Shown: positions 55,221-63,581, counted from the stretch's first letter. The stretch: DNA of 64,000 nucleotides from Oscillospiraceae bacterium (GCA_015064415.1 SVSG01000002.1:76246-140245); one strand, 5' to 3'. The notes: generated by a model not told the origin, from the letters alone. Translations and numbers: made by a program.

Positions 55221-56534
55221 ATGTTACAAGCAGGATTTGCCAGAATGGATATTACCTTGCCGCTTGGCACGGGGATGGCGGGCTATTTTGCCCCCCGTCC
55301 TGCCAAGGGCGTGTTGGACCCCCTTTCCCTGAATGCCATCGCGTTTTCGGACGGGAAGGAAACCGCCGTGATCATCACCGTGGACGCGCTGGGTATGCGC
55401 TATATGTTCTGCGATGAGGTGTGCGCCTTGATCGCGGAAAAGACGGGCGTGCCCGCCGACCACGTGATTTTGAACGCGTTGCACCAGCACACCTCCTTTG
55501 TGATGCGCCCGAAGGGCGGCACGTGTGCTCTGCAGGATCAAAATTACATCGACGTGCTGTACCGCAAGTTTGCGGACGTGGCGAAGATGGCGGTGGATGA
55601 TCTTGCCGACGCGAAGCTTTTGGTGAGCGTGGCACCCGCCACAGCCCCCCTTTCCTTCGTGCGCCGTTACCGTATGAAGGATGGCAGCGTCAAGACCAAT
55701 CCGAACGGGGAAAAGTACGCAGGGCAGATCGTGGGGCCCGCAGACCGGTCGGACAATGACGTGCGCCTTCTGCGCTTTGTGCGCGAAGGGAAGCGCGAGA
55801 TCGCGCTGGTCAACTTCTGCACGCATCCCGACGTCATCGGCGGACATAGGATCTCTGCCGACTGGCCCGGCTTCGTGCGCCGCTTCGTCGAGGAGGAGCA
55901 CGATGCACATTGCATTCTTGTCAACGGCTTCCAGGGCGACGTGAACCACATCAACTTCCAGCTGCCCAAGGAGGAGCGCTTCCCCGCAGGCAGTGGCTAT
56001 AAGCACAGCGAATATATGGGTCGCGTGATCGCGGACACCGTGAATCTGATCTGGGAGAAGGGTGAGGAAAAGGCAGGCGGTGCCGTGCGCGCCGCGCAGA
56101 CCGCCATTTACAACAAGACCCGCACCGACGGGGCTGCGGATTACGAGATCTGCAAGCTGATCTACGACGAGTTTATGAGAACCTTTGAAGTCCCCACAGA
56201 TGCGGCGATCACGGATCTTGCCTATCTGCGCCGCGTGGTGGAGATGCGCGCCGACCCGATCTGGCGCCGCGTGCCCGTGTCCGCCATTGCCGTGGGGGAT
56301 ATTGCCTTTGTGGGTCTTGGCGGCGAGCCCTTTACGCATTACGCAACGGCCATCCGCGAGGGCGCACCGGGCAAAATGGTGATCTCGCTGACCTGCGCCA
56401 ACGGCTTTGAGGGGTATCTGCCCACCGCCGCCGCCTTCCGCGAGGGCGGCTACGAGGCGACGGCCTCTGCCTTCACCCCCGATCTGGAACAGCAATGCGT
56501 CGACGCCGCCGTGGAGCTGTTGAAAATGCTTTGA
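55221..56534 (+). CDS. Ceramidase-like putative metallo-amidohydrolase, paralog P7
   Basis: MLQAGFARMDITLP, LHQHTS, THPD, QGDVNH, GGEPFT, NGFEGYLP, GGYE. Confidence 0.9.
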   Translation: MLQAGFARMDITLPLGTGMAGYFAPRPAKGVLDPLSLNAIAFSDGKETAVIITVDALGMRYMFCDEVCALIAEKTGVPADHVILNALHQHTSFVMRPKGGTCALQDQNYIDVLYRKFADVAKMAVDDLADAKLLVSVAPATAPLSFVRRYRMKDGSVKTNPNGEKYAGQIVGPADRSDNDVRLLRFVREGKREIALVNFCTHPDVIGGHRISADWPGFVRRFVEEEHDAHCILVNGFQGDVNHINFQLPKEERFPAGSGYKHSEYMGRVIADTVNLIWEKGEEKAGGAVRAAQTAIYNKTRTDGAADYEICKLIYDEFMRTFEVPTDAAITDLAYLRRVVEMRADPIWRRVPVSAIAVGDIAFVGLGGEPFTHYATAIREGAPGKMVISLTCANGFEGYLPTAAAFREGGYEATASAFTPDLEQQCVDAAVELLKML

Positions 56535-56541
56535 GAAACAC

Positions 56542-56570
56542 AAAAAGAGAGGGATTTTCCCTCTCTTTTT
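56542..56570 (+). terminator. Rho-independent terminator (cassette E)
   Basis: AGAGAGGG-atttt-CCCTCTCT + TTTTT. Confidence 0.8.
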
Positions 56571-56581
56571 CGCTTATTTAC

Positions 56582-56610
56582 TTGACATTGCGCGTATAAA
56601 AGGGTATAAT
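56582..56610 (+). promoter_or_regulatory. Promoter of P8 (cassette E)
   Basis: TTGACA 56582-56587, 17-nt spacer, TATAAT 56605-56610. Inverted repeat TGGAAG-aca-CTTCCA at 56616-56630. Confidence 0.6.
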
Positions 56611-56644
56611 GACCGTGGAAGACACTTCCAAGGAGGATTTTCAT

Positions 56645-57976
56645 ATGTTGAAAGCAGGATTTGCCCGCGTGGACGTCACGCCCGCGCTTGGTACTTATTT
56701 GTCCGGATATTTTGAGGCAAGATATGCCGACGGTATGCTGGACCCCATTCAGCTCAATGCCATCGCTGTGGGCGACGGCGAGGACAGCGTGCTGATCATC
56801 GCCTCGGACTTCCTTGGCATCCGTGAAAACTACGCCACCCGCATCCGCAAGGTGATCGCAGAGCGCACGGGCATCAAGATGGATCACGTGATGGTGACCG
56901 CACTGCACCAGCACACCTCGATCTGCCTGCGCGAGGCGAACGATAACAACGTGTTAGAGGATCACGATTACATGCAGCTGATGTACCGCAAGTTTGCGGA
57001 CGTGGCTCAGATGGCACTTGCCGATATGGCCGATTGCAAGATGACCTATGCCGAGCAGCAGGCGGAAAAGCCGCTTTCCTTCGTGCGCCGCTATATGCTG
57101 TCGGACGGAACGGTCAAGACCAATCCCAACGCCGACAAGATCGGTGATCTGAAGATCCTGGGTCCCACGGAGGATTCGGATAACACCGTACGCCTTGTGA
57201 AGTTCGTGCGCGAGGACGGCAAGAACATCGCGCTTGTCAACTTCTCCACCCACCCCGATGTGGTGGGTGGCACCAAGTATTCCGCCGACTGGCCCGGCTT
57301 CGTGCGCCGTTACGTGGAGCAAGAGCACGAGAACACCCGTTGCATGCTGCTCAACGGCTGTCAGGGCGACACCAACCACATCAACTTTATGCTGCCCACC
57401 AAGGAGGAGCGCTTCCCCCACGGCCGTGGCTACGCGCACGCCGAGCTGATGGGTCGTACCATTGCCAATACCGTGAACACCATCTGGGATAAGACCCGTG
57501 AGGTGGCAGGCGAGGGCATTGGTGCCGGCGTGACCACCGTTTACAACAAGACCCGCACCGACAAGGAGGAGTTCTTTGACGAGTGCTGGGACGTGTACGA
57601 GGCACGCGCGCTCAATCACGATTACAGCGTAAGCAAATCGAAGTCCGGCATCGCGATGGCAGAGGCCTACCGTGTGGTCAAGATCCGCACCGAGTCGCCG
57701 CTGTATCAGAAGATCCCCGTTACCACGCTGCGCGTGGGCGAGATCGGCTTCGTCGGCTTTGGCGGCGAGCCCTTCACCCATTACGCCACCGCCGTGCGCG
57801 AGAACTTCCCCGGCAAGATCGTGATCGCCGCTTGCTGTGCCAACGGCTATCAGGGCTATCTGCCCACCGCCAAGGCGTTCGAGCAGGGCGGCTACGAGGC
57901 GATCAGCTCGCCCTTCAGCCCTGAGCTGGAGAGCCAGTGCGTTGCCGCCGCCACCGAGCTTTTTGAGAAGATCTGA
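56645..57976 (+). CDS. Ceramidase-like putative metallo-amidohydrolase, paralog P8
   Basis: ATG 56645 after AAGGAGG. MLKAGFARVDVTPA, LHQHTS, THPD, QGDTNH, GGEPFT, NGYQGYLP, GGYE. Confidence 0.9.
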   Translation: MLKAGFARVDVTPALGTYLSGYFEARYADGMLDPIQLNAIAVGDGEDSVLIIASDFLGIRENYATRIRKVIAERTGIKMDHVMVTALHQHTSICLREANDNNVLEDHDYMQLMYRKFADVAQMALADMADCKMTYAEQQAEKPLSFVRRYMLSDGTVKTNPNADKIGDLKILGPTEDSDNTVRLVKFVREDGKNIALVNFSTHPDVVGGTKYSADWPGFVRRYVEQEHENTRCMLLNGCQGDTNHINFMLPTKEERFPHGRGYAHAELMGRTIANTVNTIWDKTREVAGEGIGAGVTTVYNKTRTDKEEFFDECWDVYEARALNHDYSVSKSKSGIAMAEAYRVVKIRTESPLYQKIPVTTLRVGEIGFVGFGGEPFTHYATAVRENFPGKIVIAACCANGYQGYLPTAKAFEQGGYEAISSPFSPELESQCVAAATELFEKI

Positions 57977-57984
57977 TCATTTTG

Positions 57985-58012
57985 AAAAACGCACCCGTAC
58001 GGGTGCGTTTTT
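57985..58012 (+). terminator. Rho-independent terminator (cassette D)
   Basis: ACGCACCCG-ta-CGGGTGCGT + TTTTT. Confidence 0.8.
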
Positions 58013-58044
58013 CTTTTTCTTTTGTGCAAATTTCGGCTTTGGGG

Positions 58045-58073
58045 TTGACTTGACAGAAAAAATGCATTATAAT
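58045..58073 (+). promoter_or_regulatory. Promoter of P9-P11 (cassette D)
   Basis: TTGACT 58045-58050, 17-nt spacer, TATAAT 58068-58073. Inverted repeat AATGCCC-gta-GGGCATT at 58071-58087. Confidence 0.55.
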
Positions 58074-58110
58074 GCCCGTAGGGCATTCGCCCCCAAAAAG
58101 GAGATTGTTC

Positions 58111-59421
58111 ATGATACAAGCAGGATTTGCCAGAGTGGACGTCACGCCCCCTCTGGGTACGCCGATTTCCGGCTATTTTAACGCGCGCTACGCCAAGGAC
58201 GTGCGCGATCCGTTGCAGATCAACGCGCTGGCCATTGGCAACGGCAGGGAAAGCATACTGATCCTTTCCTTTGACGTGGTCGCCATTGCGCAGAATTACG
58301 CGGACGAGCTGCGCGAGAGGATCTCACAAAAAACGGGTGTACCCGCCTCGCACGTGATGCTGTGCGCCCTGCATCAGCACACCGCGATCTGTCTTGGCGG
58401 GCGTGAGATATTCTGGCCTGTAAAGGACGAGCTGTATCTGCGTCATTTCTACCGCAAGGTCGTGGACGCGGCACAAATGGCCATTGCCGATATGACCGAG
58501 ACACGCGTGTTCACCGCCGAGACACAAACTGCAAAGGAGATCGCCTTCGTGCGCCGCTATTGGATGGCGGACGGCAAGATGCGCACCAATCCCAACACCG
58601 AAAAGCACGGCAAGCCCGTGCGCCGCTGTGACGAATCCGACAACACGGTGCGCCTGATCCGTTTCTGTCGCGAGGGTAAAAAGGACATCGCCTACGTCAA
58701 TTTCTCCACCCACCCCGACGTGATCGGGGGCAGCCGCTTTTCCGCCGACTGGCCCGGGTTTGTGCGCCGTTTTGTGGAGACGGAAAACGATGCGCTTTGC
58801 ATCAGCGTGACGGGCTTTCAGGGGGACAGCAACCACTTGGATTTCTTCAAATCCAAGGAGGAGCGCTTCCCGCACGGCAAGGGCTATGATCACAGCCGCT
58901 ATATGGGGCGCGTGATCGCCGATGCGGTGAAAAAGATCTGGAACGGGGGCACGGAGCATACGGCAGATGCGATCTGCGGTGACGTGCAGACCGTTTATAA
59001 CAAAACCAATACCGCAGGGATGGAATACTATGACGAGGCGGCGCAATACGTCAAGGACTTTGAGGCGGGCATGCCGCAAAAGACTGCGCACATTGGTGAC
59101 GTGGCCACCGCGTACCGCATTCTGGACTTGCGCACAGCACCCTTGTATCAGCCCGTGGTCGTGACGGTGCTGTCGCTTGGTGACATCCTTTTTGCGGGAC
59201 TTGGCGGCGAGCCGTTCACGGCCTACACCCACGCCGCGCACGCGGCGGCAAAGGGCAAAACGGTGTTCTGCTCCTGTTGTACCAACGGTTATCAGGGGTA
59301 TTTGCCGCACAAGCGCGCCTTCGAAGAGGGCGGCTATGAGGTGAGCAATACCTTCTTCACCCCTTCGCTTGAAGCGCAGATCGTGGAAAAAATGGGCGAA
59401 ATGCTGGGGAATTTTGATTAA
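58111..59421 (+). CDS. Ceramidase-like putative metallo-amidohydrolase, paralog P9
   Basis: ATG 58111 after AAGGAG. MIQAGFARVDVTPP, LHQHTA, THPD, QGDSNH, GGEPFT, NGYQGYLP, GGYE. Confidence 0.9.
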   Translation: MIQAGFARVDVTPPLGTPISGYFNARYAKDVRDPLQINALAIGNGRESILILSFDVVAIAQNYADELRERISQKTGVPASHVMLCALHQHTAICLGGREIFWPVKDELYLRHFYRKVVDAAQMAIADMTETRVFTAETQTAKEIAFVRRYWMADGKMRTNPNTEKHGKPVRRCDESDNTVRLIRFCREGKKDIAYVNFSTHPDVIGGSRFSADWPGFVRRFVETENDALCISVTGFQGDSNHLDFFKSKEERFPHGKGYDHSRYMGRVIADAVKKIWNGGTEHTADAICGDVQTVYNKTNTAGMEYYDEAAQYVKDFEAGMPQKTAHIGDVATAYRILDLRTAPLYQPVVVTVLSLGDILFAGLGGEPFTAYTHAAHAAAKGKTVFCSCCTNGYQGYLPHKRAFEEGGYEVSNTFFTPSLEAQIVEKMGEMLGNFD

Positions 59422-59435
59422 AAAAGGGGACTGTT

Positions 59436-60743
59436 ATGATACAAGCAGGATTTGCACGAGTGGATATTACGCCGCCGCTTGGCAGCCCGATGTCGGGGTA
59501 TTTTTACAAGAGATTTGCCGAGGGCGTGCTGGATCCGCTGTCGGTCAACGCGCTTGCCTTCGGCAACGGCGCGCAAACTGCCGTCATCCTTTCCGCCGAT
59601 ATTGCGGGGATGACGGAAAATTACGCGGACGAGGTGCGCGCACTGGTAGAGCAAAGGACAGGCGTGCCTGCCGTTTACGTGATGATCTGCGCATTGCATC
59701 AGCACACCTCCGTGTGCGTGGCACCGAATGGAAATCACGATGCGATCAAGGATAGCGTCTATCTGCATATGCTGTATCGCAAAATGGCGGACGCCGCCGT
59801 GATGGCGGTGAAGGATATGAGCGAGGCGGAGGTCTCCGTCGCCGCAGAGCAGACCGCAGAGCAGATCGCCTTTGTGCGCCGCTACGTGATGCCGGACGGC
59901 ACGGTGGCGACCAATCCTTCCCGCCGCGGCCCCCTGCCCGTGCGCCCGTGTGACGAGCCGGACAACACCGTGCGCCTCATTCGCTTCAAGCGCGAGGGCA
60001 AAAAGGACATTGCCTACGTCAACTTCTCCACCCACCCCGACGTCATTTCGGGCAGTAAGCTTTCCGCTGATTGGCTCGGCTTTACGCGCCGCTTTGTCGA
60101 GGAGGACAATGCCGACGTGCATTGCATCTGCATCACGGGCTTTCAGGGGGACAGCAACCATTGTGACCATCTCACCCGCAACGAGCGCACCCTCTCCCGC
60201 GAGTTCGGCTATCAGCACAGCGAGCATATGGGACGCGTGATCGCAGATACCGTGAAGCGCATCTGGGATCACACCGAGGTGCACACGGGGGAGACGATCT
60301 TCGCCGAAAAGCAGGTCGTTTACAATAAGACCAACACCGAGGGCGAGGAGGAATATGCCGCGCAAAAGGCGTTTTACGAGGATTACGAGGCGGGCAAATT
60401 TGAAAAGCCCCCGCACATCTCGCTGCTCGCACGCGCCAAACGTATCATCAACCTGCGCACCACGGCGCTGTACCACGCGATCCCCATTACGGTACTGGGC
60501 CTTGGGGATCTTGCCTTTGTCGGCATTGGCGGCGAGCCGTTTACCTATTACACCTATGCCACCGTGGCGCTGGCGAAGGGTAAGACCGTGTTCTGCTCCA
60601 GCAACAGCAACGGCTACGTGGGCTATCTGCCGCACGAGCGCGCATACAGCGAGGGCGGCTATGAAACGAGCAGCACCGTGTTTACCAAGGAGCTGCAAGG
60701 TCAGATCCTTTCGACGGTGAAGGATATGTTGGAAAAATTTTAA
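59436..60743 (+). CDS. Ceramidase-like putative metallo-amidohydrolase, paralog P10
   Basis: MIQAGFARVDITPP, LHQHTS, THPD, QGDSNH, GGEPFT, NGYVGYLP, GGYE. Confidence 0.9.
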   Translation: MIQAGFARVDITPPLGSPMSGYFYKRFAEGVLDPLSVNALAFGNGAQTAVILSADIAGMTENYADEVRALVEQRTGVPAVYVMICALHQHTSVCVAPNGNHDAIKDSVYLHMLYRKMADAAVMAVKDMSEAEVSVAAEQTAEQIAFVRRYVMPDGTVATNPSRRGPLPVRPCDEPDNTVRLIRFKREGKKDIAYVNFSTHPDVISGSKLSADWLGFTRRFVEEDNADVHCICITGFQGDSNHCDHLTRNERTLSREFGYQHSEHMGRVIADTVKRIWDHTEVHTGETIFAEKQVVYNKTNTEGEEEYAAQKAFYEDYEAGKFEKPPHISLLARAKRIINLRTTALYHAIPITVLGLGDLAFVGIGGEPFTYYTYATVALAKGKTVFCSSNSNGYVGYLPHERAYSEGGYETSSTVFTKELQGQILSTVKDMLEKF

Positions 60744-60766
60744 TAAGGATAAAGGAGAGTAAAACT

Positions 60767-62092
60767 ATGATTCAAGCAGGATTTGCAAGAGTGGACATCA
60801 CGCCCCCTCTCGGCACCCCCATTTCGGGCTATTTTTACCAGCGTCTCGCTGACGGCGTGCTGGACCCGTTGCAGCTGAATGCCTTGGCATTCGGCAACGG
60901 CGAGGACACCGCCCTGATCATTGCCTGTGACCTGATCGGTATGGTGATGACAAGCGGCAACGAGGTGCGCGCACTGATCTCGGAAAAGACGGGCGTGCCC
61001 GCCGAGCGCATCATGCTGTGCTGTCTGCATCAGCACACCTCCATCCGCATCGGTGATAAGCTGGGGAACAAAGATTACAGCAGCTTTGACGATCCTTCCT
61101 ATCTGTCGATGCTGTACCGTCGCTTTGCAGACGTTGCCAAAATGGCGGTCGACGATATGAGCGAGGCAGTACCTTGCACCGCTGAGGCGCAGGCCGTGCG
61201 CGACATCGCCTTCGTGCGTCGCTACTGGCTGGAGGATGGTACGGTTGCCACCAACCCGTCCAGCAAGGGCCCCAAGCCCGTGCGCCGTTGCGACGAGTCG
61301 GATAATACCGTACGCCTGATCCGCTTTAAGAGAGAGGGCAAAAAGGACATCGCCTACGTCAATTTCTCCACCCACCCCGACGTCATTTCCGGCTGTAAGC
61401 TTTCTGCTGACTGGCCCGGATTTGTGCGCCGCTTCGTGGAAAAGGAGCAGGACGCCCTGTGCCTTTGCGTGGTTGGCTGTCAGGGTGACAGCAACCATTG
61501 TGATTACTTTAAGCCCGCCACGGAAGGCGAGGGTTGTATGTTCCCCGTAGGCAAGCGCTATCCGCACAGCGAGTACATGGGTCGCTCGATCGCGGATACC
61601 GTCGCGCTGATCTGGGATAAGACCGTCGCGCACACGGGCGAGACCGTGTTTGGCGGCTTTGAGGTCGTTTATAACAAGACCAATACCGAGGGCGAGGAAA
61701 AGTACGCCGAGCAAAAGCAGTTCTACGACGATTACGAGGCGGGCAAGTTTGAAAAAGCCCCGCACATCACCCAGCTTGCCTACGCCAAGCGCATCATCGG
61801 ACTGCGCACCTCCCCCATTTACCGTGCCGTTCCCGTCACGGTGCTGGGTCTTGGTGACATTGCCTTCGTCGGCTTTGGCGGCGAGCCCTTTACCGATTAC
61901 ACCCACCAAAGCCACGCGGTGGCACAGGGTAAGACTGTGTTCTGCTCCTGCTGCACCAACGGCTACGAGGGCTATCTGCCTCACGCGCGCGCCTTTGAGG
62001 AGGGCGGCTACGAGGCAAGCAGCTCCTTCTTCACCCCCTGCCTTGAGGAGCAGTGCATCGAGGCAGTTGCCGGAATGGTGAAAAAGTTTTAA
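60767..62092 (+). CDS. Ceramidase-like putative metallo-amidohydrolase, paralog P11
   Basis: MIQAGFARVDITPP, LHQHTS, THPD, QGDSNH, GGEPFT, NGYEGYLP, GGYE. Confidence 0.9.
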   Translation: MIQAGFARVDITPPLGTPISGYFYQRLADGVLDPLQLNALAFGNGEDTALIIACDLIGMVMTSGNEVRALISEKTGVPAERIMLCCLHQHTSIRIGDKLGNKDYSSFDDPSYLSMLYRRFADVAKMAVDDMSEAVPCTAEAQAVRDIAFVRRYWLEDGTVATNPSSKGPKPVRRCDESDNTVRLIRFKREGKKDIAYVNFSTHPDVISGCKLSADWPGFVRRFVEKEQDALCLCVVGCQGDSNHCDYFKPATEGEGCMFPVGKRYPHSEYMGRSIADTVALIWDKTVAHTGETVFGGFEVVYNKTNTEGEEKYAEQKQFYDDYEAGKFEKAPHITQLAYAKRIIGLRTSPIYRAVPVTVLGLGDIAFVGFGGEPFTDYTHQSHAVAQGKTVFCSCCTNGYEGYLPHARAFEEGGYEASSSFFTPCLEEQCIEAVAGMVKKF

Positions 62093-62094
62093 GC

Positions 62095-62129
62095 AAAAAA
62101 GTGGACGGATGTAAATCCGTCCACTTTTT
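62095..62129 (+). terminator. Rho-independent terminator (cassette F)
   Basis: GTGGACGGAT-gtaa-ATCCGTCCAC flanked by an A-run and TTTTT. Confidence 0.85.
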
Positions 62130-62150
62130 CTTTGTTTTTGGGGAATTGGC

Positions 62151-62179
62151 TTGACCGCGGTGGCCAAATGCTTTATAAT
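62151..62179 (+). promoter_or_regulatory. Promoter of the metallophosphoesterase gene (cassette F)
   Basis: TTGACC 62151-62156, 17-nt spacer, TATAAT 62174-62179. Shares AAATGCTTTATAATG with the P1 promoter. Confidence 0.6.
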
Positions 62180-62255
62180 GAAGGTGAGATTTTTGCAAGA
62201 GCTTGCATATGGGCCGATCTGCAAAAGCAAAATTGCGAATCAGTAGGAGAACGGT

Positions 62256-63167
62256 ATGAAATTTTTGATCTTTTCCGACTTTCACTATGAGCCGCCGCGC
62301 TTTCTTTGTACGGGCGTGGAGGGCATCAGACACATGCAACGCCGCGCCGAGGAGGAGGGATGCGACTTCATCATGCAGGCGGGGGATTTTTGCCACAGCG
62401 CAAAGGACGTGCCTGAGCTTTTGGAGGCGTACAACAATTTCCACATTCCGTCCTATCACGTGCTCGGCAACCACGATGCGGAGTTTACCCCTTACGAGAA
62501 AACGGTAGCACTTTACGGCATGCCGAACGAGTACTATCACTTTGACGTAGGCGGGTACCGTATGATCATCCTTAACCCCAATTACTACCGGGACGGGTCG
62601 AGTTTTGTGCATTTTTCCATGGCAAATTGGCTCCAGCACAACACTGAGCGCGACTGGTTCCCGAAGGAACAGCTGGACTGGCTGGAAAAGACGATCGCCG
62701 ACTCCCCGTACCCGTGCGTGATCGTCAGCCACCAGAGCTTGGAGCGCGTGGACGGTGTGAAAAACCGTCAGGCGGCGCTGGATATTATCAACGCCGCCAA
62801 CAAGCGCAAAAAGCATAGCGTGATCTTGTGTATCAACGGGCATTATCACCGCGACAATTTGCGCGTGATGGAGGGTGTGTGTTATCTCGACCTCAACGGC
62901 GCATCGAGCGATTGGATCGAAAAGCGCCACCACTGCTACCCCGATGAGCTGCACGAAAAGGTGACGAAGCTGCACCACCTCATTGTCAATGAAAGTCCGT
63001 TGTATGCCGTGATCGAGCTTACGGGCACGACCATCGACATCAAGGGCAGCGAGACAGAAATGCTTTGCGGCGTGACCTACCGCGACGTGGCGGGCTCCGA
63101 CGGCTATGACCGTTGCGGTCGCCCCTGGAAGCCGCGCATCGACAGCAACAAGATCACGCTGGAATGA
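62256..63167 (+). CDS. Calcineurin-like metallophosphoesterase
   Basis: SDFHYE, QAGDF, LGNHD, NGHYHRD motifs in canonical order. Confidence 0.85.
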   Translation: MKFLIFSDFHYEPPRFLCTGVEGIRHMQRRAEEEGCDFIMQAGDFCHSAKDVPELLEAYNNFHIPSYHVLGNHDAEFTPYEKTVALYGMPNEYYHFDVGGYRMIILNPNYYRDGSSFVHFSMANWLQHNTERDWFPKEQLDWLEKTIADSPYPCVIVSHQSLERVDGVKNRQAALDIINAANKRKKHSVILCINGHYHRDNLRVMEGVCYLDLNGASSDWIEKRHHCYPDELHEKVTKLHHLIVNESPLYAVIELTGTTIDIKGSETEMLCGVTYRDVAGSDGYDRCGRPWKPRIDSNKITLE

Positions 63168-63169
63168 AG

Positions 63170-63220
63170 AAAAAAGAACGGTTTTCTCCACCCGTTTTGG
63201 GGGTAAACCGTTCTTTTTTT
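63170..63220. terminator. Bidirectional terminator (metallophosphoesterase gene / rnpB)
   Basis: AAAAAAGAACGGTT...AACCGTTCTTTTTT outer stem with a partly paired interior. Confidence 0.7.
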
Positions 63221-63226
63221 AAAAAT

Positions 63227-63576
63227 AACTCCGCCGATAAGCCGGGTTCTGTCGTGGGACGGCCATCAATCTGCGCGCCACGTCACCGTGACGCTTCGGG
63301 ATCTCTCCCGTGCCACCCGGGGGAATGTGTCGGGCCAACGTCCCCCATGCGGTGTTGCTTCGGATAGGGTTTACAGCAAACCTATGTTACCATAGGAGTG
63401 GGTGAGCTCTTACCTCGCCTTTCCATCCTTACCCTTGCGGGCGGTTTCTTTCTGTTGCACTTTCCCGGCAGTCGCCTGCGGCTGACGTTATCAGCTATCC
63501 TGCCCTGTGAAGCCCGGACTTTCCTCACGCTACTACCTTTCGGCATGATAGCGCGCGGCCGCCTGGCGGAGTTATG
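63227..63576 (-). ncRNA. rnpB: RNase P RNA, bacterial type A
   Basis: Minus strand carries GAGGAAAGTCCGGGC (P4 5' strand), GGAAAGTGCAACAGAAAG, and ACAGAACCCGGCTTATCGGCGGAGTT at the 3' end. The latter pairs with the 5' AACTCCGCC (P1). Own TTGACA-17-TATAAT promoter. Confidence 0.9.
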
Positions 63577-63581
63577 CCGCT

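Noticed and set aside
46011-55270. Long antisense ORFs over the array (46011-48545, 844 aa; 51428-55270, 1280 aa spanning P4-P7 and their intergenic gaps), plus many 200-500-aa antisense ORFs over P1, P3 and P7-P11
   Set aside because: The same GC3/codon-bias effect. They cross sense-strand stop/start junctions and ribosome-binding sites, lack their own RBS, and translate to Gly/His/Arg/Val-rich low-complexity sequence. The sense ORFs carry eleven-fold conserved motifs.
44512-58110. N-terminal extensions offered by the ORF track for P1 (44512), the lipoprotein (45981), P4 (51116), P8 (56609) and P9 (58072)
   Set aside because: Each extension reads through a terminator hairpin and/or the -35/-10 elements. 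In every case an internal ATG preceded by AAGGAG(G) restores the family's conserved MxxAGFAR start, or the lipoprotein signal.
44515-63167. The paralog block as a mobile element, prophage remnant or defence island
   Set aside because: No integrase, transposase, recombinase, terminal inverted or direct repeats, tRNA target, nuclease/ATPase defence signatures or compositional break were seen. The block is flanked by core genes (ftsK paralog, rnpB) and uses the same promoter/terminator style as the rest of the window.
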